From a candidate division WOR-1 bacterium RIFOXYB2_FULL_37_13 (GTDB taxonomy: Bacteria; Margulisbacteria; WOR-1; XYC2-FULL-46-14; XYC2-FULL-37-10), in contig MEUB01000036.1 in assembly GCA_001771535.1 (NCBI GenBank), forward strand, positions 842-64,841: a stretch of 64,000 nt of DNA. The letters are read 5' to 3'. Made by a program: the position numbers and the translations under genes. The notes below the pieces were generated by a model, which saw only the letters and a list, made by a program, of their open reading frames with translations, did no database searches and was not told the origin of the DNA. Shown here piece after piece: positions 1-10,220 of this stretch; within the stretch, counting starts at the first letter, position 1, and every line of letters begins with the position of its first letter.

Positions 1-221
1 TTGCATTCGCACCAAACTCTACTTATTTAATTATCAAAGATCGTGAAGCAGACTCAAAAAAGACAAAAAAACCCTTTCTCCTACTTTTAGGATTTTCAGG
101 TGTTTTTCTTTTGAATCAACCTGAGGATTATTACCTCTTAAGCATGTTTAGTATATCATCACTATTCCTTTTGTCAAGAGGGATTTTTATCGCCTTCTAT
201 TTTCTAGGATTCTTTGACTAA
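1..221 (+). CDS. C-terminal fragment of a hydrophobic (membrane) protein; 5-prime end lies outside the window
   Basis: Frame 3 is open from the window edge to TAA at 219-221 (...KKPFLLLLGFSGVFLL...GIFIAFYFLGFFD). Not in the ORF track because there is no start in the window. No family recognised. Confidence 0.3.
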   Translation, partial: AFAPNSTYLIIKDREADSKKTKKPFLLLLGFSGVFLLNQPEDYYLLSMFSISSLFLLSRGIFIAFYFLGFFD

Positions 222-249
222 TTTTCGCCACCAGAGTATGATTTACTGT

Positions 250-822
250 ATGGAAACACTTTTAGTTGCTACTTTAAATAAACATAAGCTCTACGAAATC
301 GGAAAAATCTTGAAAGGTTTTAAGATTTACGGCAAAGGAATAGAGGTAAATGAAGATGGTAAAACTTTTGAGGAAAATGCCCTAAAGAAAGCTGCCGCGG
401 TTTTTAAAAAGTTTAAGAAGCTTACGATAGCAGATGATTCAGGGCTAGTTATTGATTGCTTAGACGGAAAACCAGGGATCAAATCCGCAAGGTTTGCAAC
501 TCCGCCAACACCGCAAAATCTTTGCAGGAAAGTTCTTGATAAAATGAAAAAATGCAAAAGCAGGCAAGCTCACTTTGTTTGCTCTATGGCAATAATTTTT
601 CATACAGGCAAAATCAAAATAATAAATGGGTTCGTATACGGAGAAATTGCAAATGAGATGAGAGGAGAAAATGGATTCGGTTATGATTCCATTTTTATTC
701 CGTCTGGTTTTACAAAGACATTCGGCGAGATGACCGATACAGAAAAAAACAAAGTAAGCCACAGAGCAAGAGCCCTCGCGAAAGTTAAAGAAATTTTCAG
801 TAAAGCAGATAAAACAAAATGA
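250..822 (+). CDS. rdgB: RdgB/HAM1 non-canonical purine NTP pyrophosphatase (dITP/XTP pyrophosphatase)
   Basis: METLLVATLNKHKLYEI N-terminus, FGYDSIFIP and EKNKVSHRARAL motifs typical of RdgB/HAM1. The track start 214 (TTG) overlaps the upstream partial ORF, so ATG 250 (or 238) is more likely. Confidence 0.85.
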   Translation: METLLVATLNKHKLYEIGKILKGFKIYGKGIEVNEDGKTFEENALKKAAAVFKKFKKLTIADDSGLVIDCLDGKPGIKSARFATPPTPQNLCRKVLDKMKKCKSRQAHFVCSMAIIFHTGKIKIINGFVYGEIANEMRGENGFGYDSIFIPSGFTKTFGEMTDTEKNKVSHRARALAKVKEIFSKADKTK

Positions 823-1391
823 ATCTTTTGCCATTTATTACATCGTTTTTTATAATATCAGCCGCAGAGCTTGGTGATAAAACCCAGCTTTTAATCCTTG
901 GACTCGCCACAAAATACAATCCGATAAAAGTAATTGCAGCAGTAAGTCTCGCTTCAGGAACCCTTATGGCAATAGCTGTTGTTTTTGGCGGAATCGTAAA
1001 TCAATTTATCCCTGACGTTTATTTGCAAATAATTGCGGGTCTTTTATTTATAGGCTTTGGTGTATGGACATTATATGAAAAAGGGAAAGAGGAAGAAGAG
1101 ATCCTTCTAGATAGAGGAAACAAAAATGAATTCCTAATAGTTTTCTCAGCTTTTTTTATTGCGGAACTTGGAGACAAAACACAAATCGCAACCCTTGCCT
1201 TATCAGCACAATACGGAGCTCCTTTTAAAGTCTGGCTTGGCGCAACGCTTGGGATGATCTTCATCAATGCATTAGCCCTTATTGTCGGAATTTATCTCAA
1301 AAAATTTATTCCTGAAGAGAAGATAAAAGTTTTTGGCGGTATAATTTTTGTTGTATTCGGGGTTTTAACTCTTATGCAATTATTGTTTTAA
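819..1391 (+). CDS. UPF0016 (GDT1/TMEM165) family cation transporter
   Basis: Two copies of the ELGDKTQ signature in a 190-aa polytopic protein. ATGA start/stop overlap with rdgB. Confidence 0.85.
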   Translation: MNLLPFITSFFIISAAELGDKTQLLILGLATKYNPIKVIAAVSLASGTLMAIAVVFGGIVNQFIPDVYLQIIAGLLFIGFGVWTLYEKGKEEEEILLDRGNKNEFLIVFSAFFIAELGDKTQIATLALSAQYGAPFKVWLGATLGMIFINALALIVGIYLKKFIPEEKIKVFGGIIFVVFGVLTLMQLLF

Positions 1392-1473
1392 TACTTTCAA
1401 AAAAATCAGCATATATTTCTCACGCTCTGATATTTTTGAAAAAGAAGTTCCCACATGTTATAATTTAAAAATA

Positions 1474-2211
1474 ATGCAAACCCGCATGGAAAAAATATTA
1501 TCCGGAATTATTGAAAATCAAAGGATCTCCAACGCATATCTCTTCTGCGGAGGGAACCACAGCCAAAAAGTTGAAGCAGCTGTGAATTTTGCCTCCAAAC
1601 TAAATTGCAAGGGAAATCCATCTCCCTGCCATGAATGTCTGCATTGTGAAAAAATCAAAAAGGGAAAACATCCAGATGTGATTTTCATTCAAAAAGAAAA
1701 TTCATCCATAAAAATAAATCAAATAAGATTTTTAAAAGAAATAACAAAATACGGTCCTTCCGAAGGAGCATGGCAAGTTGTAATTATAGATGAGGCGGAT
1801 ACAATTACAAATGAAGCGGCAAACAGTTTTTTAAAAATACTGGAAGAGCCTTCCTGCAATGTGGTTTTTATTCTAATCAGTGAACGCGAAGGCTCTTTAC
1901 CAAAAACAATTTTGTCAAGATGCCAAAAATTTATTTTTGAAGAGCTCCCTCCCCTGCCTCCATCAGAAATGGCCTGTAAAATACATAAAAAAATAGAAGA
2001 AAAACCTTTTAATTACATTGATATTTCACAAATGCTTTCAGACAAAAAAACAGCTAAAGAAATTTTGCAGGAAATATATAATATTTTCGCTATTGCGAAA
2101 AATGCCCAAAAAGCAAAAGTTGTCTTAGAAACATTAAAAGGAATAGAGAAAAATGCCAATCACAAGCTGGTAATAGATTTTCTCTGCTTTAATTTATGGA
2201 ACAAAAACTAG
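1474..2211 (+). CDS. holB: DNA polymerase III delta-prime subunit
   Basis: ISNAYLFCGG and VVIIDEADTITNEAANSFLKILEEP clamp-loader AAA+ motifs, Cys-rich zinc module CHECLHC, and SRCQ sensor motif. Confidence 0.8.
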   Translation: MQTRMEKILSGIIENQRISNAYLFCGGNHSQKVEAAVNFASKLNCKGNPSPCHECLHCEKIKKGKHPDVIFIQKENSSIKINQIRFLKEITKYGPSEGAWQVVIIDEADTITNEAANSFLKILEEPSCNVVFILISEREGSLPKTILSRCQKFIFEELPPLPPSEMACKIHKKIEEKPFNYIDISQMLSDKKTAKEILQEIYNIFAIAKNAQKAKVVLETLKGIEKNANHKLVIDFLCFNLWNKN

Positions 2212-2858
2212 CAGTTAAACTAAGAAAATTTAATAGGATATGTCCCATAAAGGGATATAAAGAAGACAGCATAAGAATTGGCGCCCCTGTTATTGTCAAA
2301 ACCGACAGAGGAGAAGAATTTGGCACTATTATTTCTTTTGTTAAAAATGTCCCTGAAGGGACTTCTGACGTCAGTCTAAAAAAAGTTCTTCGTTATGCGA
2401 CGGAAAATGATTTAAAAACCGCAAACTTTCTTCCGGAAAAAGAGGCAAAAGCATATCAATTAGCCAATGAGAAGATAAGAGAATATGAACTTCCAATAAA
2501 AATTGTTGAAGTTGAATATTTATTTGATAACAAAAAAATCAACCTCTATTATAAAATCGCTAAAGACAAAAAAATCTCGGATTTAAAGCCATTTAGAAAG
2601 GATTTATCCGGCATCTTAAAAGCTGAAGTCATAATGCGGTCTGTTACCCCCAGAGATGAGGCAAAAATAATCGGAGGGCTTGGCCCATGCGGAAAGACCT
2701 TATGCTGCTGCTCATGGCTGCAAAAGCCCAAACACATAACGGTAAAAATGGTCAAAGATCAAGGGGTTCAAATTTCCCCTACAAAAACATCCGGTATATG
2801 CGGACGCTTAATGTGTTGTTTTGAATATGAATTAGGGAAACAGGATAAAAATATATAA
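2196..2858 (+). CDS. PSP1 domain protein (YaaT/RicT-like)
   Basis: Conserved holB-yaaT synteny. C-terminal Cys-rich LGPCGKTLCCCSWL ... GICGRLMCC typical of the PSP1 C-terminal domain. Confidence 0.8.
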   Translation: MEQKLAVKLRKFNRICPIKGYKEDSIRIGAPVIVKTDRGEEFGTIISFVKNVPEGTSDVSLKKVLRYATENDLKTANFLPEKEAKAYQLANEKIREYELPIKIVEVEYLFDNKKINLYYKIAKDKKISDLKPFRKDLSGILKAEVIMRSVTPRDEAKIIGGLGPCGKTLCCCSWLQKPKHITVKMVKDQGVQISPTKTSGICGRLMCCFEYELGKQDKNI

Positions 2859-2877
2859 AGGGAAGAAGGCGCAAAAA

Positions 2878-3222
2878 GTGAATGAATGTATTTTTTGTAA
2901 GATGGTCGAAAAAAAAATTCCCGTAGAAATCGTAGATGAAGATGAAGACATTCTTGCTTTTAAAGATATTAAGCCGCAAGCTCCCATACATGTATTGGTT
3001 ATTCCGAAAATTCACATACCATCTATCACATCAATAACAAAAGAACATTCAAGAATTATGATGAAAATAATAAAAAGCATCCAGAATATTGCAAAAAAAA
3101 CTGATATAATAGATAGTGGTTTTAGAATTGTTGTAAACAATGGGGAAAATGCAGGGCAAGCCGTCGACCATTTGCATTTTCATATTCTCGGAGGAAGATC
3201 GTTAAAATGGCCTCCCGGATAA
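2878..3222 (+). CDS. HIT family (histidine triad) nucleotide-binding protein
   Basis: CIFCKM N-terminus and HLHFHILGG histidine triad. GTG start. Confidence 0.85.
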   Translation: MNECIFCKMVEKKIPVEIVDEDEDILAFKDIKPQAPIHVLVIPKIHIPSITSITKEHSRIMMKIIKSIQNIAKKTDIIDSGFRIVVNNGENAGQAVDHLHFHILGGRSLKWPPG

Positions 3223-3276
3223 CAAATAGCAATAATCATAAAAAATGATTTTCTAACAAAGGATGGTGAAATAAAA

Positions 3277-3471
3277 ATGACAAAGATCAATGTTTCAAAA
3301 GATGAATCTATTGATAAAGTTCTTAGAAAATTTAAAATGAAGATGCGGCGTGAAGGGGTTATTGATGAAATCAAGAGAAGAGAATTTTATGAAAAACCCA
3401 GCGATAGACGCCGTAAAAATAAGGCAAAAGCCATTAGAAGAGAACAAAAACGACAACGTGAAGAAGATTGA
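3277..3471 (+). CDS. rpsU: 30S ribosomal protein S21
   Basis: 64-aa basic protein with DKVLRKFKMKMRREGVIDEIKRREFYEKPS matching the S21 pattern. Confidence 0.9.
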   Translation: MTKINVSKDESIDKVLRKFKMKMRREGVIDEIKRREFYEKPSDRRRKNKAKAIRREQKRQREED

Positions 3472-4541
3472 AAATTCTTGACAGATATTTAATCAAAGAA
3501 ACTTTTGTCCCTTTCCTTTTGGGGATTGTCGGATTTGTTTTGGTAATGATTGTAGATCTGCTTTTTACGTTTGTTGATCTGATAATTAATAAAGGAATTG
3601 ATTTCTCTTCAGTTTTACAACTGATGCTTTATAAACTTCCATATATTATGGTAATGACTTTCCCTGTAGCAACCCTTTTTGGTGTTTCCATGGCAATGGG
3701 AAGAATGGGAAAAGACAATGAAATTACCGCGTTAAGAACGTCAGGAATATCTTTTAAAAGAATCGCAAGACCAATAATAATTTTATCAATTCTTGTATCA
3801 GCCTTGGCTTTTTTAATAAATGAAAAACTTGTTCCATATGCCAACCAACAATCTCAAACAATAATCAGAGAAATAGTAATGAAACAACCGCTTCCCGAAA
3901 TAAAAGAAGATGTTTTTTTTAAAGATGCTTACAACCGTTATTTTTATGTCAAAAAAATAAACAATAAGGATAAAATCCTTGAAAATATTATGGTCTATGA
4001 ATTAACAGGTGAAGATATCCCAAGGATTACAACTGCTCAAAAATCAAAAATTGAAGGGTTGAAAATAATTTTATATAACGGAAGTATCCATAATTTCGAT
4101 AAATCAGGCCGATTGGCTTATGAGGCTATATTTAAAGAAATAGAATTAAACTTAAATGAAGATCCTTTTGCCGTCTCAAATTATAAAACATCCGAACAAA
4201 TGGACTCAACGGAACTTGTAGACAAAATAAACACACTTGAAAAAAGCGGTGTCAGCACGCAAGCATTGAAAACCGATTATCTAATGAAATTTTCTATCCC
4301 ATTAGCTTCGTTTGTATTTGCAATTATCGGGATCCCCCTTTCTCTTCCGACATTAAAAAGCAATCGAGCATGGGGAATGATTGTGACAATTATTATAATG
4401 TTTACTTTTTATGTATTTGCTTCTGTTTTCAGGTCTTTTGGAAGAGGAGGAATTGTTTCTCCACTCTTTGCAGCATGGACACCACAATTTCTTTTTGGTA
4501 TATTAGGAGCAGCTTTGCTTTTTAGAGAGGCCAACAAATGA
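3468..4541 (+). CDS. LptF/LptG family LPS-export permease
   Basis: MKILDRYLIKE N-terminus, 3+3 TM topology with a large central periplasmic domain, as in the YjgP/YjgQ family. Confidence 0.8.
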   Translation: MKILDRYLIKETFVPFLLGIVGFVLVMIVDLLFTFVDLIINKGIDFSSVLQLMLYKLPYIMVMTFPVATLFGVSMAMGRMGKDNEITALRTSGISFKRIARPIIILSILVSALAFLINEKLVPYANQQSQTIIREIVMKQPLPEIKEDVFFKDAYNRYFYVKKINNKDKILENIMVYELTGEDIPRITTAQKSKIEGLKIILYNGSIHNFDKSGRLAYEAIFKEIELNLNEDPFAVSNYKTSEQMDSTELVDKINTLEKSGVSTQALKTDYLMKFSIPLASFVFAIIGIPLSLPTLKSNRAWGMIVTIIIMFTFYVFASVFRSFGRGGIVSPLFAAWTPQFLFGILGAALLFREANK

Positions 4542-6901
4542 ACGCGGAACAGGAAAATCTGACAAAACAACTGCAAAAACAGCCTCGCAACCCAATGCTT
4601 ATAAAAAACCTGGGCAGGCATTATCTTATAAACGGATATTTCAAGCAGGCCAGAGAAGAGTATAAGCTCGCGCGATTGTTTTCCCCTCATGTCGTATCGG
4701 CAATCATGCTTGACCATGAAGAGGCTATATTTAAAAACCCTTCAAATATACAGGCAAGGCTTTCTATGATAAGTTTTTGCATTGATAATCAGGATATAGA
4801 TGCCGCAATAATTGAAGCAGAAGAACTCCTAGAAATAGATCCGTTAAATTTACAGGCATATAACCTTTTGGGCCGAATTTTTATAAAACAGGAAAAAATA
4901 GACGAAACAATGGCTCTCCTTGAAAATGCCCTTAAGCTTGGAATAAAAGATATTGCTATTTCTGAAATGCTGGCTTCTGTTTATCTTGAAAAAGGCAGAC
5001 TGCATGATGCTATAAAATTTTATGAGGAGCTTCCTTCTGACAAAAAAACCTTAAGAATGCTGGGAGAACTGTATTTAAGAACTGAAGATTATGAAAAAGC
5101 CGCGGAGAAATATTCTTTAATGTATGAAGATGATCCAGAAGTTGCAAATGAAGTTATAACCAAATTAGAAGAGCTTCTTCTTAGAAAAATTGATTCTATC
5201 CGCATACGGGAATTACTCGCAAAAACTTACTGCAAATCCCTAAAACCTGAACCAGCCGTCAAAAAGCTTACCGAAATATTCAAAATTGATCCTCAAAAAA
5301 TAGATGATATTATACATAAATTAAAAGATATTCTGAAAAGCTATCCCACTCATCCTGAAGCAACGCTGGCGCTTGCGGAAGTTTTATCCCACAAAGGAAA
5401 CTATAGTGAAGCCGTTGAAGAATATTACAATTTGATTAAAAGCAAACCGGACTACACAGAAAAAGCAATGGAAGGGAGCAAAAATATAATAAAGAAGTTT
5501 CCCGGACAGTTTTTGGCAAGACAATTTCTTATTGAAAACTATTTGAAAGAAGAAAATTTTACTTTAGCCGCAAAAGAAATAAAAGCTCTTTTACAGTCTT
5601 ATCCCGATTCAGCAGAGTGGATAATAGGCAAATGCAAAAATCTTTCCAAAAAAAACATTGAATTACGCGAATGCCTGGGATATGTATATCTTTCAAAAGA
5701 TGACTTCTTCAATGCAAATATTGAAGTCGAAAAAATATTAAAACTTGATGGACAAAGCATCCAAGCATTGCTCCTTCAGGGAGAAATTTTCCTAAAACAA
5801 AAATTATGTCGTAAAGCAAGTGAAACATTTAATAAAGCGTTAAAAATGTCTCCTTTTAATAAAACCGTCCATGAAAAGCACAGACAAGCCCGCCTTAAAG
5901 AAATAGAATTGGAAGCCGAACAAATAAAAAAACGTATTACTGAAGATGAATGGAAAATATCGCTTCATTTAGAATTAGGCAAGATTTATATTGATCTTGG
6001 AGAAAAGGAAAATGCCATAAGAGAGCTCCAAACAGCAAGTAAAGACACGCAAAGAGCCTCTTATGTTTATTTCGTTTTAGGCGGATTTTATTTTGACGGC
6101 GGATTTTACGACCAGGCTTTGGAGTCTTTCCGAAAAAGCCTGCAATTTGCTTCCAATGATTCTGAAGATCAAAATAAAAAAACAAAATTTAAAACAGCTT
6201 TAACCTATGAAGCCCAGGGCAACGTACGTTCTGCCATAAAAATATTGGAAGAAATATTGCAGGAAGACATAGATTATCCAGACATTAAAGAAAAAATACA
6301 GCTTTTAAAAAGGACGAATTTGGGCTCTTTGCAAAATAAATGCCTTGTCCTCACAATAAAAGATTTGGACAATTGGGACAATAAAGAGCTTATAGGAATG
6401 TGGGGTCAAGAATTAAAGAAGAGTATGGAGAAACAGACCCTTTCAATGTCTTTTGGACAAAACTATAACAATAGCGGCCTGGAATTTTTTATCAAAGGGA
6501 TGCATGAAGCAGCCGAAGAAGAATTCAGCCTTGCTGTACAACTTGATCCGCAATATATAGCAGGGATTAACAATCTTGCAGTAGCGCAACTTTCAAACAA
6601 GAAAATTCCGGAAGCTTTAAGCAATCTTCGAAAAGCCTATGAGATAGAACCAGCCTCCCCTATTATACTTAATAACCTAGGATTAGCATTACTGTTAAAC
6701 GGAGCAACAAATGAAGCTAACCATACACTAAACAGGGCGATTGAACTTAATGAAATGCTTCCCGCAGTTAAAATAAATCTTGCTGATGTCTTTTATGCGT
6801 TAGGAAAAGTTAAAGAAGCTTTTGATATATACAAATCAATCGGCGCTTCAGAAATAACCTATGACATAGCAAAAAGACGCCTGCTTTATAAGTTGCCTTA
6901 A
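4538..6901 (+). CDS. TPR-repeat protein (787 aa)
   Basis: Many 34-aa A/Y/L-patterned helical repeats (for example AIKFYEEL, EAVEEYYNLIK, ALESFRKSLQ). Start overlaps the lptF/G stop. Confidence 0.7.
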   Translation: MNAEQENLTKQLQKQPRNPMLIKNLGRHYLINGYFKQAREEYKLARLFSPHVVSAIMLDHEEAIFKNPSNIQARLSMISFCIDNQDIDAAIIEAEELLEIDPLNLQAYNLLGRIFIKQEKIDETMALLENALKLGIKDIAISEMLASVYLEKGRLHDAIKFYEELPSDKKTLRMLGELYLRTEDYEKAAEKYSLMYEDDPEVANEVITKLEELLLRKIDSIRIRELLAKTYCKSLKPEPAVKKLTEIFKIDPQKIDDIIHKLKDILKSYPTHPEATLALAEVLSHKGNYSEAVEEYYNLIKSKPDYTEKAMEGSKNIIKKFPGQFLARQFLIENYLKEENFTLAAKEIKALLQSYPDSAEWIIGKCKNLSKKNIELRECLGYVYLSKDDFFNANIEVEKILKLDGQSIQALLLQGEIFLKQKLCRKASETFNKALKMSPFNKTVHEKHRQARLKEIELEAEQIKKRITEDEWKISLHLELGKIYIDLGEKENAIRELQTASKDTQRASYVYFVLGGFYFDGGFYDQALESFRKSLQFASNDSEDQNKKTKFKTALTYEAQGNVRSAIKILEEILQEDIDYPDIKEKIQLLKRTNLGSLQNKCLVLTIKDLDNWDNKELIGMWGQELKKSMEKQTLSMSFGQNYNNSGLEFFIKGMHEAAEEEFSLAVQLDPQYIAGINNLAVAQLSNKKIPEALSNLRKAYEIEPASPIILNNLGLALLLNGATNEANHTLNRAIELNEMLPAVKINLADVFYALGKVKEAFDIYKSIGASEITYDIAKRRLLYKLP

Positions 6902-6922
6902 TTTCTTGAGGTCTATAATTTT

Positions 6923-7996
6923 TTATTCTTCGAGTGAGTCGGAAATTTTCCCTTTTTTCAACAAACTAATACAAGCCTTGTAAAAATTAATTCCTTTATC
7001 AATTATTTTGTATAAAAGGGGATTATAAACAAGATCATAAGCTCCAATATATTTAACAAGTTCTCCGTTAAAACCTTTTTTGAAACGATATACACCCCAT
7101 AACGGATGCTTTTCGCTGGGATTTGATGGAATTCCAAATAAATCATAATCCTTTAAGCCCTTTTCTTTGGCCCATTGGATTATATGCCAATGCAGTGCAT
7201 GATTAGGCATAACATTTCGATGTTTTGAAAGTGACGCGCCGTACATATACCAGAGTCGGGAACCAAATTTGAAAGTATAAACACCTGCGATCGGCTCATC
7301 ATTTAAATAAGCTATAAAAATATTCGCGAGCCCGTGATCAACAAGAAGTTTTTTTATGTTTTGGTAATATTTCAACGGGTGAATTAAAAAATTATCTCGC
7401 TTGCATGTCTCCTGATATATTTTGTAGAAAACTTCAACCCCATCATCGGTGGAAAGCTCTTTTACAACAACCCCTTTTTTGGCAGCCAAGCGGATATTGT
7501 AGCGAGTTTTTTCTTCAAAACTTTTTAGCAATTCGGCAGGTGCTTTAGTAATATCCAAAATAAAAGTCGACCGCGGCTGAATCTGCTTCTTGCAAACCAC
7601 AAATCCCTTTTCTTTTAAAACATTCTGTACACTTTTCACTGTACACGGTTCACTCTCTTTGACTTGCGGATCAATTTTCAATAAAATAGCATTATGCTTT
7701 TTTGCAACTTTTTTAATTTCTGCCAAGAAAAAATCTAAAGCTTGAGTATTTTGAAAATCAACGATAGGCCCTCTGGGGGCATAAAATAAATTCAGTTTTA
7801 CATAAGGGAGTTTGCGTTTAAGAATTGAAATAGCTGCAACAACTTTATTGTCATCTTCGACTGCTAAACGTAAGGGTTCCCAACCATGAAGAGCTTTAAG
7901 TTCTCCCCATTCGTATGATTGGAGAATCGCGGGTTCATCTTGATTAGCAACAAATTCATTCCAAAATTCTTTTGATATGTTATTTATAAGTCGCAT
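6923..7996 (-). CDS. FemAB-family peptidoglycan interpeptide-bridge aminoacyltransferase
   Basis: N-terminal FWNEF...QSYEWGELK and central RYNIRLAAKKG motifs, size about 350 aa, typical of the FemAB family. Confidence 0.75.
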   Translation of the reverse strand: MRLINNISKEFWNEFVANQDEPAILQSYEWGELKALHGWEPLRLAVEDDNKVVAAISILKRKLPYVKLNLFYAPRGPIVDFQNTQALDFFLAEIKKVAKKHNAILLKIDPQVKESEPCTVKSVQNVLKEKGFVVCKKQIQPRSTFILDITKAPAELLKSFEEKTRYNIRLAAKKGVVVKELSTDDGVEVFYKIYQETCKRDNFLIHPLKYYQNIKKLLVDHGLANIFIAYLNDEPIAGVYTFKFGSRLWYMYGASLSKHRNVMPNHALHWHIIQWAKEKGLKDYDLFGIPSNPSEKHPLWGVYRFKKGFNGELVKYIGAYDLVYNPLLYKIIDKGINFYKACISLLKKGKISDSLEE

Positions 7997-8014
7997 TCAA
8001 TCCCTCTTTTGCAA

Positions 8015-8092
8015 TGTAGGACAACGGCTTGTCCGTTGCCGTTGCTGCCTATTTCTTCGCATTTGTAGCAAGGAATAAACCTTGCCCTACAT
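8015..8092. repeat. Compound imperfect palindrome (nested hairpins) in an intergenic region
   Basis: ATGTAGGACAA...TTGCCCTACAT outer arms enclose GGACAA-cggc-TTGTCC and CAAGG-aataaa-CCTTG hairpins. Confidence 0.3.
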
Positions 8093-8320
8093 CTATCTAG
8101 AAATATATCTATTTAAAAAATATTTGAATTACAATTAAAGAAATTTGCACAACAATCAGGCTATCATCACATAATTCAATATAAGTGAAGAATCACAATA
8201 CTGTTAGTCCAATGACTATTCCCATACTGTTTTATAACTTTTTCAAGTTTTTGTTTAGAATCACAAGAAAAAACTTCCTCAAGATTTATCGGTTCATCAT
8301 CCTTATCTTTTGACATTTTA

Positions 8321-8716
8321 CTAGAAAATAGTTTTTATTAAGCCAGATTTAATGATCTTTTCATCTTTTGTGACTAAACAAGCTTCTTCTTTGAGGAATT
8401 CTTTATAAACTAGGGCTGTAGCACAAATTATTCCATCATGAATATCTAAATTTAGGGGAAGTTTTTCTATAACCGACAAATCAAGAGGATAAATAGTACA
8501 TCTTGTATCAGACTCTAAAACATTTATAATCTTCTCAAGATTTACACTTATCCTTCCTGACTGGCATAAATATTTTATCTCTGCTAATACAATTGAAGGT
8601 ATAACCAACAAATTAACTTCATCTTCTAATATTTCTTTTACTCTTTGACTTAAACGTTTATTCCCCTCAAAAAACCATACAAGAACATGTGTATCAACAA
8701 CAAAATGCATTGTCAC
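8321..8716 (-). CDS. vapC: PIN-domain toxin VapC
   Basis: FVVDTHVLVW N-terminal acidic motif, 131 aa, 4-nt overlap with a small upstream partner gene. Confidence 0.8.
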   Translation of the reverse strand: MTMHFVVDTHVLVWFFEGNKRLSQRVKEILEDEVNLLVIPSIVLAEIKYLCQSGRISVNLEKIINVLESDTRCTIYPLDLSVIEKLPLNLDIHDGIICATALVYKEFLKEEACLVTKDEKIIKSGLIKTIF

Positions 8717-8937
8717 TCCTTAGTGAATTCATCTTTAATATTTATTTCTGAAGATTTGATTTCCTCAAATGACAAATCAGATTTATCCTTCCATATACCA
8801 TAAAGGCTAGAAAAAGCTTTATTCCCATTAGATGGTTCAATCAAAGCACTGCTCAAAGAAATTATTTGCATCTTGACTATTTTCATTTCATCTTCTAATC
8901 CCCGAATTTTCGCAAAAACAGAAGATTGATTATTCAT
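8713..8937 (-). CDS. Putative antitoxin of VapC (74 aa)
   Basis: Small ORF overlapping vapC. AGGTGGTG RBS lies 9 nt before ATG 8937 (the track start 8952 sits inside the RBS). Family not recognised. Confidence 0.5.
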   Translation of the reverse strand: MNNQSSVFAKIRGLEDEMKIVKMQIISLSSALIEPSNGNKAFSSLYGIWKDKSDLSFEEIKSSEINIKDEFTKE

Positions 8938-8994
8938 CTTAATAAACACCACCTATTTGTTAGTAATTATAACATAGTATGTTATAATTTCCTT

Positions 8995-9561
8995 ATGATC
9001 CTGATGATCGATAACTATGATTCGTTTACCTACAATCTGGTTCAATATCTTATGGAGCTTGGGGCAGATATACAAACTTTTCGCAATGATAAGATTACTA
9101 TAGAAGAAATAGAAAAGCTAAAGCCGGAAAAAATCATAATATCCCCCGGCCCTAAAACTCCAAAAGAAGCAGGTGTTTCTGTTGATGTCATTAAACATTT
9201 TGCTGGGAAAATTCCTATTTTAGGAGTTTGTTTAGGGCTTCAATCCATAGGATATGCGTTTGGAGGAAAAATAGTACGGGCAAAAAATCTTATGCATGGA
9301 AAAACTTCCCAAATCTACCATGACGGCAAAACAATTTTCAAAGGGCTTAAAAATCCTTTCACTGCTACAAGATACCATTCTTTAGTTGTTGAAAAAGAAA
9401 GCCTTCCGAAAGTTTTAGAAATATCAGCCTATACAAAAGAAGATGATGAAATTATGGGTCTGCGGCATAAAGAATTAAAAGTTGAAGGGGTTCAGTTTCA
9501 TCCGGAATCTATTTTGACAAGTTCGGGGAAAGAGCTGTTGAAAAACTTTCTTACTGTTTAG
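8995..9561 (+). CDS. trpG: Anthranilate/aminodeoxychorismate synthase glutamine amidotransferase component II
   Basis: [26 protein letters not shown] catalytic Cys and GVQFHPES His motifs. The true start is the internal ATG 8995, not 8926. Confidence 0.85.
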   Translation: MILMIDNYDSFTYNLVQYLMELGADIQTFRNDKITIEEIEKLKPEKIIISPGPKTPKEAGVSVDVIKHFAGKIPILGVCLGLQSIGYAFGGKIVRAKNLMHGKTSQIYHDGKTIFKGLKNPFTATRYHSLVVEKESLPKVLEISAYTKEDDEIMGLRHKELKVEGVQFHPESILTSSGKELLKNFLTV

Positions 9562-9568
9562 AAGAAGA

Positions 9569-9832
9569 TTATTTTTTATTGCCTGATTTATTTCCAGAAT
9601 CTTTTTTGCCAGTCTCTTTTACTGGCGTATGATGATGATGCTCTCTTTTGTTTCTATAATCCGTTATATGAAATCCGTCACCTTTAAAAACAATACCGGA
9701 AGCGGAAATTAAACGTTGAACTTTGCCTCCTCCGCACTTTATGCAGCTTTTAAGCGGTTTCTCTGTTATCTTTTGATGGTGCTCGTAAACACCACACTCT
9801 TCACATCTATAATCATAAGCCGGCATATACAT
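9569..9832 (-). CDS. FmdB-family zinc-ribbon protein
   Basis: YDYRCEECG ... CIKCGG dual CxxC zinc ribbon at the N-terminus, with a basic His-rich tail. Confidence 0.7.
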   Translation of the reverse strand: MYMPAYDYRCEECGVYEHHQKITEKPLKSCIKCGGGKVQRLISASGIVFKGDGFHITDYRNKREHHHHTPVKETGKKDSGNKSGNKK

Positions 9833-9866
9833 TAGGATAGCAAAAAAGAGGATAGTTAGTCAAGGC

Positions 9867-10148
9867 TTATATAACATTATCAAAATGTCCAGGTGGCTGA
9901 AAAGTTTGAGTCTCTTTTGTTGAAATGTCAGGCGGATTGTAAAAAACATTATCAGCAACTTTAGTAATATTGGGCGATTGCAAGAAAGCCAAAGAAGCGT
10001 CAAATTGAGTTTGTAAGTCTTTCATTGTGCCAAGAAACGTCATGGGAGGCGCTTCTTCCCCGCCAACTTCATTATCAAGATTATTTGGAATTGTTTTCCC
10101 AACATAATCAATACTGTTAAAAGAAACATTATTAATTGCAGGAAACAT
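9867..10148 (-). CDS. Hypothetical protein (93 aa)
   Basis: ORF only; no recognisable motif. Confidence 0.35.
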   Translation of the reverse strand: MFPAINNVSFNSIDYVGKTIPNNLDNEVGGEEAPPMTFLGTMKDLQTQFDASLAFLQSPNITKVADNVFYNPPDISTKETQTFQPPGHFDNVI

Positions 10149-10220
10149 AATTTCCCTCTTTAGCAGATGGCAATCTATTGAACTATATATTTAATCGGAA
10201 TAAAGAATAATATTCTTGCA

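Noticed and set aside
214-249. TTG 214 as the rdgB start
   Set aside because: It overlaps the upstream partial ORF ending at 221 and adds a non-conserved N-terminal extension. RdgB homologs start right before the LVATxNxxK strand, which favours ATG 250.
8176-8316. 46-codon minus-strand ORF downstream of vapC, between vapC and the FemAB gene
   Set aside because: It is short, has no convincing RBS and no recognisable motif; it is not reported as a feature.
8926-8994. Extended N-terminus of trpG (track start 8926)
   Set aside because: It overlaps the divergent antitoxin gene and its RBS region. GATase homologs begin at [11 protein letters not shown] (ATG 8995).
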